Positions 36,317 to 48,361 are shown, counted from the whole stretch's first letter. The stretch: DNA of 60,236 nt, filler included, from Malassezia furfur (GCA_052055015.1; 5 parts of 5 records of this genome joined end to end with filler, not necessarily neighbours in it); one strand, 5' to 3'. Notes: generated by a model not told the origin, from the letters alone. Numbers and translations: made by a program.

Positions 36317-37111
36317 CGTTGCCGCCGTCAAAGTCGAAGTCGAAGATGTCAGACACCCCAAACATGCTCGCGAAATCGTCTGCACCACCTGCCCCACCAC
36401 TTGCCGCGGCACCCATCCCAAGTGCACTGGGGTTGCCAAGGTCAGCGGAGAGCGTCGCATCCAGATGGGTGTTCATGTCGTCCATGGACGAAGGCATGCT
36501 CAGCCCATTGTTGCCCGGCATCGTCTGAAGCGGCTGCTGTCCGAGCATGCTCTGCGAAAGCGTCTTGTTTCCAAGAGAAGGGTGGTTCATGTTGGCGCTC
36601 GCGGAGGGGACGCCGCTGTCGCTCTTGGAGCTCGCTGCGTCCCAATCTCCTTGCTCAGCCGACCGATCCTGGTTGCTGTCCGTGCCACTGTCACCACCCA
36701 TGTTGGGCGTCCGGTGTGACGGCACAGGCGTCTTGTTGCCGCGCGGGGGCTTTTTGGGCTTTTGTTTGGCCGACGCCGGCGTCGACGGCGAGCCGAGATT
36801 GTGCTGTGCGCCACTCTGCCAGGACGTCATGAGCTGCTCCGACGGGTTGTAAGCACGCCCACTGTTATCGGCTTGACCTTGCGACGTCGTGCGTTGCTGA
36901 GCCGGCGCCATGCGTGCTTTGGTAGGGCCAACTCCTGGAACGTTGGCGTGCATCGACACGGGTGTAGAAGGCGCCGTAGCACTACCACGCACCGCGTGTG
37001 CCTGGGCACTCGAAGCATCCCCAGCCTTGGAGGGGTCATTGACGCCCATCATCGACATAGCTCGAACACCTTTCCCAGGCATGCTGGGGGTTTGCTGCTG
37101 CATACCCATCC

Positions 37112-37166
<55 letters not shown>

Positions 37167-37503
37167 ATGGTGCTGCTGCTGCTGGAATGCCAAAGCCCCC
37201 GCGGGATTATTGAGCATCTGTTGGAAATAGGGAGCCATCGTTGCGCCATTCACATTGGTGCCGGAGAAATCCAGCTCGTTAAATGTTCCACCATGGCGCA
37301 TATTGGGCGGCACTTGTGAACCGTTCTGGGTATTAGACAGGAAAGCTGATTTTTGTTGCATCGTCTGGTTCATCAGCGCGGCCATCGCGTTGGGGTTCTG
37401 GGCCAAGTTGGGTGCCCCGGGTTGGCTTGGCTGACCTGGTTGTGCTTGGCCCACCTGACCTTGGCTTGGCTGAGCAGGCTGCTGTTGCTGTTGCTGCTGC
37501 TGT

Positions 37504-37535
<32 letters not shown>

Positions 37536-39866
37536 CTGTTGCTGCTGCTGCTGCTGCAATTGCAACTGCAGCTGGAACATAGGGTTCATCCCTTGGCTCT
37601 GTGTCGCACCTGCAAATACGGCCGATGTCTGCTGCGGATCACTCTGCAGCAGCGCCACAATCGACTGTGCCTTGACCTGCAGCTGTTGTGCATTGACCAG
37701 GAACTGCTGCGAGGCGGCTGGAGTCGGGGCACTCTGAGCCTTCATCCACTCCGTCTTGACTGCCGTTTGGAGCGTCTGATATTGCATGACCAGCATCTGG
37801 CGCTGCTGCGGCGTGAGTTGTGCTGCCGCCTGTGCTGCCACCGATGGCTGCGGTGCCTGTGATGTCGCACTCGTCGGATCAGTCCGGCTAAACGAGCCCA
37901 CGGGCCGTCCGGCCAAATCGTGTGAAGCCTCTTGTGCATGCTGGGGCTCGTCATGCAGCCCCGACTGCGGCCCTTTGCCGTTCGCGCCCATCTGCACGGA
38001 TGCTGCCATGCGCTGCCGCGGCTGCCGATTGAACAACGCCTGGATCGCAGCTGGCGAAGACGGCTGGGGCTTCCCAGCCTGGGCGCCCTGGCCCTGCAAT
38101 TGTTGTTGCTGCTGTTGTTGCTGCTGCTGCTGCAAGAAAAGGCGGGCTTGGAGTTGTGCATCGACCGGACGATTCGCCTGTTGCTGTGCCTGCAGCGCCG
38201 CTGTATTGGGCATTAAGCTGCTGAACAGTGCGAGGCGGGCCGCAGGCGTCATATTCTTGAGTTCTTCCAAGGGAATCCCTTGACGAAGCGCAGCGGTAAT
38301 CATCAGGTTCTGCTGCTGCTGTGGGGTCAATGCACCGAGGTTCCAATTCTGTCCGAATTGTGCACGCGCCAGCGCTTGTTGCAACTGCACCTGTTGCTGC
38401 TGTGCCGCGGCTGTTTGGGCATTGGCCATCGGGATCTGGCCCACCTGCATTCCCTGGGGCACACCCGGCTGCTGCGGCAGGTGCTGCTGCTGCTGTACAG
38501 GGGTGGACTTCAACGACATCGACATCTGTGACCCCGGCATGGCATGCTGGACAGCAGGCGTACGCTGCTGCTGCGCATGTGCTTCTTGGCCAGGTTGCGT
38601 CGGTGCATTGGGCTGCGGCGTAGGTGGCTGTTGCGGCGAGGGCTGCGGCTGTCTCGCCTGCGTGGGCTGCGCAGGCTGCGGTTGCGCTTGCTGGTGGTGG
38701 TGCGACTGCTGCGGTTGCGATGGCGGCTGGTGCGGTTTTGGCGGCTGCTGGGTGTCAGGTGCAGGAGTTCCTGTATTCCGCCCCGTTGATGGACCAGGCG
38801 TTTGTCGTTGCGGTCCGCTGCTGGCCGACGGAGCACTGGATGGCCCAGCTGCACCAGGCGCCGGGCTGGAGAGTATGGTGCCTTGTGCGATGGCTGACAT
38901 CGTGGCGGGGTCTTGATCCGCAAGCAGCAGCGTCTGGGCTGCGTTTGCAGTTTGCAGTGCATTTCCGGATGCAATGTTCAGCGCGAGGTCAGCCTGCATC
39001 GGCGCCGTAACCGCCGCTTGCGCAGGGTTCATGGCCGGCGCAGCGGTCTCATTGAACAAACTGGGACCGAGTAGCGAGCTCCTGTTTTTGGCTTCTTGCA
39101 CGCGTTGTGTTCTCCGATACTCAAGGAACTCGTTGTAGGCGGCAGCTTCCTTGCTTGCGCGCCCGGCCCGAGCAGAAAACAGGTCCCAGAACACGTTCCA
39201 GTACTCAAACAAGAGCCCCATGGACGTCTGCAGGGGCACTTCAGGCTCTGCCGGCAAGTGGGCTTCCTCTTTCAACGCTTCTGCAGCTCGTGCAAATTTG
39301 CGCCGCTGCAGATAATCCCAGATGTACGTGTTGAGCGTGCCCGTGTCTTCGCCCCACAGAGTGCGCTCTTGTGTCGCGACAGGCGTCGATCGCTCGACAT
39401 GCGACGTATTTGGGTTGGACGACGCATTCTGTTCTGGCTCCGTCAGAACTCGCTTGTCTCCTGGGGTCGCATCGGCCGCCGCAGCCATATCGCCACCGCG
39501 CATGCGTTTTTCACGCGCGTCTTGATCCGAGTTGGGGGACCCAGGCCGCTTCCGTGAATCGGTAGAGCTGGCCACTGAGACTTCTGCCGTATCAGTGGCT
39601 TCTTTGGGTGCTGCAGCGGTCTCGGCCTCGGATTGGGGCGCGTCGGGCGCGGGTGATGCCCTGGCAGGACCCTGGTCCGACGGACCCGCATCTGATCCAT
39701 TCTGCATTATACTTGCACCATGCGAGGCGTCTTTATCTCCCGCACTGCGTGGGCTGCTTCCCCCACGATCCGCGATCTCCGCGTCTCCACTGGATGCATC
39801 GGGGGGCGCCGCGTGCTCGACGCGCTCCTCGGCGCGTTTTTGTTCTTCGGTATCAGTGCCAGCCAT
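36317..39866 (-). CDS. LisH/LUFS-domain, Q-rich transcriptional regulator (Flo8/Som1-like); 3' end truncated
   Basis: LNTYIWDYLQRRKFARAAEAL...GLLFEYWNVFWDLFSA (LUFS domain) followed by several polyQ tracts. Confidence 0.82.
37116..37166 (-). repeat. Perfect (CAG)17 coding microsatellite
   Basis: 17 uninterrupted CTG units on the + strand; a mixed CAG/CAA tract lies at ~37480-37570. Confidence 0.93.
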
Positions 39867-40463
39867 TAAAAGGAAATAGACAGCAGTAGGATGAGAAATG
39901 ACAGATACACTGCGTCGATCGAGTTGGCCTGCCGAGCGCAGGTACGGAACCCAGCGTTCGCGTTTTGCTCACCAAGCAGAACTTGGGGTCACTCGAAAGT
40001 GCGACTCCGATCAGATCAATCCAGCCGAGTGGCAGCCGGCTTCCTCCCAACGTGCAATGGCGTTACGAGACAGAACAACGCTTCACCAACACACTGCAAT
40101 CGAGCAAATGTGGAAGATGACAGGAATTCCCGTTCCCATCAACGAGCAGCGCGTTCTATTCACGCAGCTGTGTTTCTAGGAATTAATTTTGATTGGCCTG
40201 AGATCCTTAACTATTCGCTCAAGACTATGGTAATGCGCCGCCCAACGACGCGGCGAAAACGATCCGTAATACAATTCAGTGACAGCACGATAGAGGCTAG
40301 TAAAGTCGCCACAGATGTAGAGCATCCATATGCCACGCCATCGGGTCTCGGTGTGCCCGTCGTGTAAGCTGGGGGAGCGCGAGTGCGGAGGCATCCCCAC
40401 GTGCGTATCACGTGGGTCCCATTCGTTGTAGTGCGCCAAGGTGACGTCTGGCGTCGCGTAACC

Positions 40464-42004
40464 ATGGCCAGCGTCGTTGCAATCTTGGATGTCAAGGGCA
40501 AGCCGTTGATCCAACGCTCGTACCGGGACGATGTCGATTCATCGGCGATCGAACGATTCCTGCCCCTTGTGCTCGAAATTGAGGAAGAACATGGTGCTGG
40601 AGCCGTCCAGCCGTGCATGACTTCTCAAGGCGTGAATTACATGCATGTGCGGCACAACAACCTGTATCGTGCGTATTATCGCTCTCACACAGTCCTCGCC
40701 CTATCGAGACGCAACTCCAATGCTGCCGAGATTCTGCTCTTCCTGCACAAACTCGCCTCCGTGCTGGAGGAATACTTCAAGCAGCTTGAGGAAGAATCCA
40801 TTCGTGACAATTTCGTCATCCTGTACGAGCTACTGGACGAGATGATGGATTTTGGATACCCACAGACAACGGAGAGCAAGATTCTGCAAGAGTATGTGTG
40901 CATTACTCACCTAGGTATATTACCCAGGAATCGCACAAGCTCGAGCTCCAAGTGCGACCGCCTATGGCCGTCACCAATGCCGTCTCGTGGCGGTCGGAGG
41001 GCATCCGGTATCGCAAGAATGAAGTGTTTTTGGACGTGGTGGAGAGTGTCAACCTTCTAGTGAATGCCAACGGCCATGTCGTGCGGAGTGAGATTGTGGG
41101 TGCGGTCAAAATGAAATGCTATCTTTCTGGCATGCCCGAGCTCCGTCTCGGTCTCAATGACAAGGTGATGTTCGAAAGCATGGGTCGAAGTACGTACACT
41201 GGCGCTGACAAAGCCTCGCGCGGAAAGGCAATTGAGATGGAAGACGTCAAGTTCCACCAGTGTGTGCGCTTGTCTCGTTTCGAGAACGATCGTACAATTT
41301 CCTTTATTCCGCCCGATGGCGAGTTTGAGCTGATGAGCTATCGCCTGAACACTCAAATCAAGCCTCTGATTTGGGCAGAAGCCGTTGTTGAACGGCACGA
41401 AGGCAGTCGCATCGAGTTCATGGTCAAGGTGAAGGCCCAGTTCAAGCGTCGGTCCACGGCGAACAATGTTGAAATCTTTATTTCTGTCCCGGAGGATGCC
41501 GACTCGCCCAAGTTCCGCGTACGTTTCGCCCGAAGCTGACCCAGGCCGCGATTGGATCAGTGACCTATGCGCCAGAGCTGTCTGCGATGGTGTGGAAAAT
41601 CAAGCAGTTGGGCGGCGGCAAGGAATACCTCATGCGCGCACACTTTGGTCTGCCCAGTGTCCGCAACGGTATGTGCCTGTGTTTGACTGACCGTTCAGAG
41701 GAAACGCTAGCGCGGCGCACACCGATCAACGTCAAGTTCGAAATACCCTACTTTACCGTGTCCGGCATCCAGGTGCGCTACCTGAAAATTGTGGAGAAGT
41801 CTGGCTACCAGGCACTTCGTACGTATTGCGTGTGCCTAGGGCGTGGACATGGCTAACACAGCAATCGTGCAGCATGGGTTCGCTACATCACACAGGTACG
41901 TTGTGATCCTTGTCTCCACAGGACTAACACGGCAGAATGGCGAATACGATCTGCGGACACAGACGGAAAAGTCTCAGGCCCGTCTCGCTCATTTCTCTTC
42001 GTAG
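40464..42004 (+). CDS. APM1: AP-1 clathrin adaptor mu subunit; introns 40669-40692, 40892-40914, 41190-41213, 41519-41544, 41669-41698, 41819-41872, 41896-41935
   Basis: LEEESIRDNFV, MMDFGYPQTTE, VTNAVSWR, KNEVFLDV, FHQCVRL, SFIPPDG, YFTVSGIQVRYLKI, GYQALPWVRYITQNGEY. Confidence 0.95.
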
Positions 42005-42918
42005 TCTATGCGCCTATAGTGTAGGACGCTGCGGCAGAACCCTTCCCTACCCATACACACATGATTGAGTTACTTGTCTCCTCGAGCAGAACTGGCCCTT
42101 GTGGGTGCGGCTGCATACGTTAAAAGGCATGGGTCCGTCGCGCGCTGTCGGCATGCGCGACCGCTGGCCGGCGAGAACCTAACTTGACGTCATAGGTACG
42201 GACCGACGGGATGCTCCGTGCGTTTCAAGCTGGTAAGATCCGTGCACCCAGGCTTTGTGCAGGTCCAGCACCAAGCGTCCAACGAGCGTCCGGATACGGC
42301 CCTAAATCGAGCGTCACAAATCGATTTGGATGCACGGATGCATCCATAAACACCGGTAAAAACGTGCTTGGGTGAGGAAATATGCTGACCCTGAAAACTT
42401 TCAGGTGTGGTGCACCTTCTTGGACTCATTGATTGGTCGAATGGCCAGCTGCACGCTTCAATCCACCACAGGGAGTGGCGGACCTGCAGCTCATAGATCG
42501 CGGAGTTATGTGCTAAGCTTGGAGCTTGGCGCATCGTGCTGAGGAAATAATACGATGGTCCAATCAGTGTGAGCACACCAGGCGGCGCCCACGGCTGCCA
42601 TATGCGATTCAGCCCTGAGAGGCTCGTTGCTTGCATTTCTAGCTCAGTCGCCGGTGTCACGCTCCTTGTCTCGGTCCTGTTGGCGAGGGTGGTTTTGCCG
42701 TTCCCCCTTGAGAATAGGAAGGAACACGTCGTTAGCGCGACCAGCTGAAGGGGTCTGGAATTGACGCAGGAAGTCGCGTGAATTGCTGCATCTTCCCGTG
42801 CCAACGTACGCTGTCACCGCGAGACGATTGGCGCAATCGACCTTATCTGCCTAGCTACGAGGGCGTTGTACCATACTTGGCTCTTCACCGAAATTGACAC
42901 GGAATTCTACGCCAGTGC

Positions 42919-45918
42919 ATGATGTTTTCTGGGGACGTTGCCACGGTGGAAAACTCCATTGGCAGACTGCTCTCGGACGACCTGGGCAAAGGCGACCAGG
43001 ATTCCGTGCTGACGGCCTCCGAGATGCTTGACCGGCTTTCGCTCTCGCATACGAGCTCTGATGATGGCCGGTCGCAGTCGCCACCGCCCAGCGCGAACGA
43101 CGAGGTAGAGACATACCACCTCGCACAAACAGCGCAGAATCCCGAGTCGATCAACTTTCTGCAGGAGCGTCTGACTGAGAAGCCATTTACGTCACAGCCT
43201 CTGCCTGCGCTCAATATCAAGTGGTCTTCGTTGAAGCTTGCGACGCCGCGCGGGGTGCATCCTGTGAGCTTGGACCACGACGGGGAGGGGTCTGAAGCGA
43301 ATCCTGCGCCGCGGCTGGATGCGGATCTACTTACGCTGCGGGACGCGTCCTCTCCCGAGATCGACACCGACATCAGTCGCACCTCATCGACGTCTACCCG
43401 GGGCTCGAGCCAGGGTAGTACCGAGGCGACCGGGCAGTGGTCCGTGAAAGGCAGCGTGCAGAGCAGCGCAGCGGGGGAGGGACTTGCGCCAAGCATTGTG
43501 CTCCAGAGCGAGCAGCGCAAGAAGGAGGAAGCGATGGCGAGCAGTGAGGACGAGAGCAAGGCGGCGCGACTGAATGTGCGGCGCTTGCACTCTATCCTCG
43601 AGCTGCTCGAGACGGAGCGCAACTACACAGAAGACCTCGACTTGCTGGTCCACGTCTTTTTTGCGCAGCTGCCGTCGTTGCCGTACTTTAGTGAGAACGT
43701 ACAGCGTCTGCGCACCGTTGTGCGCAACGCTGACGAGCTCCTTGCCCTACACCGCGAGCTTACCATGCAACTGCGTACGATTGTGGATCGCGCGACCGCC
43801 GAGGACGCGCCGAGCGACTCGGCAGACCGGGCGGTGGTCGCCTGTGCCGAGACGATTGCGTCGCTTGCACCGCGGTTTTCCGTGTACAACGAATTTTGTG
43901 CGCGGCACAAGGAGGCACTTGCCCACATCGATACGCTTGAGAGTCGCTCGGGCGAGTGGGAACAGTTCCGCCAGCGCAGCACCGAGGCGGCTGGCCGTTA
44001 CGTGCCACACGCTGATGACCAGGGTGCGCCCACGGGCGGGACGGTGCGCTCGCCGCGGGCCGTGACGCAACGGCGCCTGTTGTTCCGTGACTTTTTCATC
44101 AAGCCGATCCAGCGCGTGTGTCTGTATCCCATTTTGCTGCAGACGATCCAAAAGAACTCGCCCAACGTCGGCCAAGAGGAACTCGGGCATGCCATCGAGC
44201 TCATGCGCCAAGTGACGCTCGCCGTGGACAGCGCGAGCAAGCAGCGCGAGTCGGCACTGTTGACTGAGATGATTGGGTCGCGCCTTGAATACACTACGGC
44301 GCTGTCGCCGTCGCTCTTCAACTCGCTTGGCGAGTGCCGCATGGCGGGCAATTTGGACGTGCTACATCACCACCCTACGCTGGCGCCGCTGTCAACGCCA
44401 CTCCCCATCAAGTACTACGGGTGCTTCTTGTTTGCCCACTTTGTGTTGATCGTAAAGGTGCGGCGCAACCACATGTTCACTGCGCGGTACTGGTTCCCGC
44501 TGGGCGAGGCGCGTCTCGAGCGCAACATGGCGCACGAGCGCTTCCTGCCAAACGCCTTCCGCCTGTCGGTGCGCGGCCACTACTTTGAGTTTATCGCCTC
44601 CACCGCGAAAGAGTGCCAGCTGTGGCTCAGTGCGCTCGAGGAGGCCTTTGCGCAAGGCCCGTCCAAGACGCGCTTCCTGAACGGCGCCGAGATCCCGTAC
44701 CCGTGCAACCTGAGCGCTGAGAAGCCCCCCGCGGGAGCGGCCCACAGCGACCCGCTCATCGACTTTTTCACGCACCACACTTCGGCCACCGACGCCGCGT
44801 CGGGCCGCGGGCGCGGCGGGTCCGAATCCCCTTCCGGCGAAATCCTGCTGCGGCACAAGTCACCGCCGCGGCGCGCCGCCATCGACCGTGGCATGCTGTT
44901 CAGTGACGCGTGCATTTCGGCACGGACGTCGTTTGACCACGACGGCTCGTTTGCTCCCGCCCCTTCGTCGACGCTAGGCTCGACGATGGGCGCGATCGTA
45001 AATTTGAGCCGTTTGTCGGGCAGTGAGACAGTCTCGCTCAAGCTGCCGTCGCGCGCCTCGACTGCGCTGGGGACGGCACCTACCCAGCTCCCCCCCAACT
45101 CAACTCAGCTGCGCTCTTCGGACGTGACGCCGGTCGACTCGCCGAGCGGTACGGCGCCGTCATCGCCGACGCAGCGCGCCTTCTTCTCGCTGGACGATGG
45201 CAGCGATCCCACCAGCCGCGGCTTCCGCCGACGCATGCGCGACAGCTTCTCCCGGCGCAGTAGCGTGCAGCTCGACGCGAGCGACATTGCCGCAGCGCGC
45301 GAGCTGGCAGCCGGCGGGCCATCGCTGAGTCGCAGCAGCTCGCAGCTGACGCTCGACATACGCAGCGCCGCGTCAGTGACCGAGCTAGGACAGACGATGC
45401 GTGGCAACGTACCCCTCTCTATCGACGCGCTTGCGGCGCAGTCGCCGACCCATACCCCGCGTGCGAGCCAGTCTCTGGCACGCACCGTGCGCAATCCGAA
45501 AGGCTGGTTCTCGCCGACGACCCCGCGGGCTTCGTATACCAACGACGATAACGACCCCTGGCCCTACAATGACACCGTCCCCGCTGGTACGCTCAAGCGC
45601 AGCAGCTCGTTGAACTGGAGTGCATTGCGGTCACGGAGCTGGTCCACCACGTCCCTCAAGGGCCTCGTGTCGCGACGCAGCTCGATGGACTTGGACCGGG
45701 ACGTGCCCAACACCGACACCCGCGGGTCAAGCAACGAATACTCGGACCAGTCGCGCCCCGGCTCGGCGCTCTCAATGCACGCCGAACCCCCAACGTCGCC
45801 TACGTCGCGGGCGCTTGGTCCCAAGCGCAAGTTTGCGATGCGCTTTTTGCAGCGCAACCGTCTTTCCCCTATGGCGCCGACCGACGCCCAGGGCGGCGGC
45901 GCCCCGGCAAATATCTAG
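42919..45918 (+). CDS. Rho guanine-nucleotide exchange factor (DH domain + PH-like domain)
   Basis: ILELLETERNYTEDLDLL, FSVYNEFC, FFIKPIQRVCLYPILL, then a PH-like region ending LWLSAL. Confidence 0.88.
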   Translation: MMFSGDVATVENSIGRLLSDDLGKGDQDSVLTASEMLDRLSLSHTSSDDGRSQSPPPSANDEVETYHLAQTAQNPESINFLQERLTEKPFTSQPLPALNIKWSSLKLATPRGVHPVSLDHDGEGSEANPAPRLDADLLTLRDASSPEIDTDISRTSSTSTRGSSQGSTEATGQWSVKGSVQSSAAGEGLAPSIVLQSEQRKKEEAMASSEDESKAARLNVRRLHSILELLETERNYTEDLDLLVHVFFAQLPSLPYFSENVQRLRTVVRNADELLALHRELTMQLRTIVDRATAEDAPSDSADRAVVACAETIASLAPRFSVYNEFCARHKEALAHIDTLESRSGEWEQFRQRSTEAAGRYVPHADDQGAPTGGTVRSPRAVTQRRLLFRDFFIKPIQRVCLYPILLQTIQKNSPNVGQEELGHAIELMRQVTLAVDSASKQRESALLTEMIGSRLEYTTALSPSLFNSLGECRMAGNLDVLHHHPTLAPLSTPLPIKYYGCFLFAHFVLIVKVRRNHMFTARYWFPLGEARLERNMAHERFLPNAFRLSVRGHYFEFIASTAKECQLWLSALEEAFAQGPSKTRFLNGAEIPYPCNLSAEKPPAGAAHSDPLIDFFTHHTSATDAASGRGRGGSESPSGEILLRHKSPPRRAAIDRGMLFSDACISARTSFDHDGSFAPAPSSTLGSTMGAIVNLSRLSGSETVSLKLPSRASTALGTAPTQLPPNSTQLRSSDVTPVDSPSGTAPSSPTQRAFFSLDDGSDPTSRGFRRRMRDSFSRRSSVQLDASDIAAARELAAGGPSLSRSSSQLTLDIRSAASVTELGQTMRGNVPLSIDALAAQSPTHTPRASQSLARTVRNPKGWFSPTTPRASYTNDDNDPWPYNDTVPAGTLKRSSSLNWSALRSRSWSTTSLKGLVSRRSSMDLDRDVPNTDTRGSSNEYSDQSRPGSALSMHAEPPTSPTSRALGPKRKFAMRFLQRNRLSPMAPTDAQGGGAPANI

Positions 45919-45997
45919 GGCCGGACGCATCTTTTGACTTGTACGATAAGTTCGTGTGAACACCTCCGCTCGCATTTGCTTTTGTAATTAGCCAAGA

Positions 45998-46918
45998 CTA
46001 TATGTACTGTTGACCCCGAAGCGCCTGCGCAGCCGACGCGGCTGCGTCGACCACGACATTCACGCGCGTCACCGCGTGGCCGCCGCGCCGCAGCGCATCC
46101 AGCACCTCGGCACGGTACGCCTCCTGCTGCACCACGCTACCGCCAAACACGAGCTCCCAGGTTGACGCCTCGAGCGCCGGAGCCACGCGCGCGATTTGGT
46201 CGGCTAGCGCAGCCGCTTGCTCCTGCATCACGGCACGCGCGTGCGCATCGCTGTCGTCCAAGGCCAGCGAAAAGACGACGGGTGCGAGCGATGCAACACG
46301 CTCGGGACCTATACCCGGGGCATAGACCGCGTTCAGCAGCGCTGCGCGGGTTTCCACCGCGTAGTGCGCCAGTACCGCCGCGCGCAGGGCCGGCGCCTCG
46401 TCGGACAAGACGCATCGCAGCGCTGCGCGGCCCACACCAAAGGCACTCCCTTCATCGCCCAAAATCCATCCGAGCCCCCCGGCACTCTCTACATAGCGGG
46501 GCCCCTGCGGCGTGCCCACAAACCCGTGCACGACGCTACCCGTGCCCGCGATCACGGCCATCCCCGTGCCGCGCAAGCCAGCACTCAGCAGTGCTGCGTC
46601 GCTCGTCACACGTACGGCTTTACAGTCCAGTCCTAATACTTTGCAGACCGCTGCATGCGCCTCGGGAACTTGTTCGTCGCCGTGGATTCCCGCCGTGCCG
46701 ATCCACGCGCGCACCAGTGTGAATGGCTGCGCAAGCTGCTGCCAAAGTGCCGAGACCACCGTCGCAATCACCTCCGACCATGCCTCGATGCCGATGCGTG
46801 TCAAATTACTCGGACCTGTGCTTGCGCGTGCGAGCACCTGGCCGTGCTCGTCAACCAGCACGGCCGCCGTCTTCGTGGCCCCACCGTCCACGGCCAGGAA
46901 CGCCGGTGCGGTGGCCAT
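45998..46918 (-). CDS. BadF/BadG/BcrA/BcrD-type sugar kinase (N-acetylglucosamine/MurNAc kinase-like)
   Basis: AVDGGATKT, GPSN, TSDAALL, IAGTGS, GGLGWILGDEGSA, VFGGSV. Confidence 0.85.
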   Translation of the reverse strand: MATAPAFLAVDGGATKTAAVLVDEHGQVLARASTGPSNLTRIGIEAWSEVIATVVSALWQQLAQPFTLVRAWIGTAGIHGDEQVPEAHAAVCKVLGLDCKAVRVTSDAALLSAGLRGTGMAVIAGTGSVVHGFVGTPQGPRYVESAGGLGWILGDEGSAFGVGRAALRCVLSDEAPALRAAVLAHYAVETRAALLNAVYAPGIGPERVASLAPVVFSLALDDSDAHARAVMQEQAAALADQIARVAPALEASTWELVFGGSVVQQEAYRAEVLDALRRGGHAVTRVNVVVDAAASAAQALRGQQYI

Positions 46919-46999
46919 GTGGAGAAAGCCAAGCGGCAGGTGGAGGCCCGTGATGCGCCCCGGACACGCGTGTCATTCGTCGTTTCCCTGTAGGTCGTT

Positions 47000-48238
47000 A
47001 TGGCATCCGCGGAGCGCCCAGAAGTGCTGCTGATCGGCTTCGGAGGAGTCGGAGTACTGTATGCGTATGTTCTACAATGTGGTGGTGCGCGCATCACCGC
47101 CGTGTGCCGCTCCAACTACGAGACCGTCAAGGCTAACGGGATCAACGTGTTCTCGGACAAGTTTGGGCAGCACCCCAACTGGCACCCGGATCAGGTCGTG
47201 CGGTCGCCCGACGAGATCGAAGGCAATGCATTTGACTGTGCGTAGAAGCAGCGTCGGCCCCTGACCTCAGATGTGATCTGTACCTTCAAGGTCGTCCCTG
47301 ACGTGTGCCCCAGCAGCGAGACGATTCGTCCGTATCTCGAGAAGAACCTGTCGTTGTCGCCCAAGAACAATCTGCCGCTGGTGGTGCTCATTCAAAATGG
47401 CGTGGACATCGAGAACGAGGTGTACGAGTCGCTCGTTTGTAGTGACCAGCCCCTCGCGAGCGGCGTCGTGGGCGGATTGACGTGGGTCGGCGTCACGCTG
47501 CTCGGCAATGGCAGCCGCATCGAGCATGGATTTTTGGAGCGGCTCAAAATTGGTCTGTATCCACCGCCGCTGTCGGACGAGGTGCCCTCCGATATGGTAT
47601 CCGCCTTTGACCAGCTCGTCCAGCTCTTCCGCCAAGGCGGCTCCAGCGTGGAAGGCACAAACGACATTGTGGGAGTACGCTGGAGCAAGGTTCTCTGGAA
47701 CATTAGCTGGGGAGGACTGACCACGCTTGCGCGCCAGCCAGTGTCGGCCATGCTCGAGGCCGAGACGCTGCCGTACTCGGCCGGCGTCGTGTATGGGATC
47801 ATGCTGGAACTGCTGGCAATCGCACGCGCTCATGGGATCAATGAGGACCGTCTGCCCTCGGCGACGATTGATCAAGTGTACGATATGACGGTGCGCAACA
47901 CCAGTGCCAAGATTCGCGTTACACAGAATCCGGACCAGTTCTTGGAGCCGATGGAAAACAAGAACCTTCAGGACGACTTTAAGCCAAGCATCCTGGTAGA
48001 CTTGGAGCGCGAGCGGCCTATGGAGCTGCAGGTCATCTTTGGCACGCTGCTTGAGCGTGCGCGAGCGGCCAACGTTGCCACGCCGCGTCTTGACCTGATC
48101 GTCGCTGCGTTGATGCCGTCGCAGGTGGCTTTCGTGCGCAAAGCCAAAGGTCTGGAGAAAGAAGACCAGAGTACCAAGATCTACGATGCAAACCCTGCGT
48201 TGAACAAGACGGGAGGAGCACCTGTGCTAGGCCCATAG
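47000..48238 (+). CDS. Ketopantoate reductase PanE/ApbA-family protein; intron 47238-47270
   Basis: LIGFGGVG, AVCRSNY, FDYVICTFK, VLIQNG, RWSKVLWN, FKPSILVD...RPME. Confidence 0.87.
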
Positions 48239-48261
48239 ATACGGACATAGGGCTGACCCCT

Positions 48262-48361
48262 NNNNNNNNNNNNNNNNNNNNNNNNNNNNNNNNNNNNNNN
48301 NNNNNTTAATTAATTAANNNNNNNNNNNNNNNNNNNNNNNNNNNNNNNNNNNNNNNNNNNN
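48262..48361. other. Artificial contig spacer
   Basis: N44-TTAATTAATTAA-N44. Confidence 0.99.

Noticed and set aside
42190..42804. 204-aa minus-strand ORF (and 39891-40367 on the plus strand)
   Set aside because: Non-ATG start for the former, atypical codon usage and no motifs; probably non-coding.
12033..48361. TTAATTAATTAA repeated four times at ~12-kb spacing
   Set aside because: Each copy is flanked by exactly 44 N, and segment lengths decrease monotonically (12032, 12028, 11956, 11945, 11875). It is a concatenation linker, not biology.
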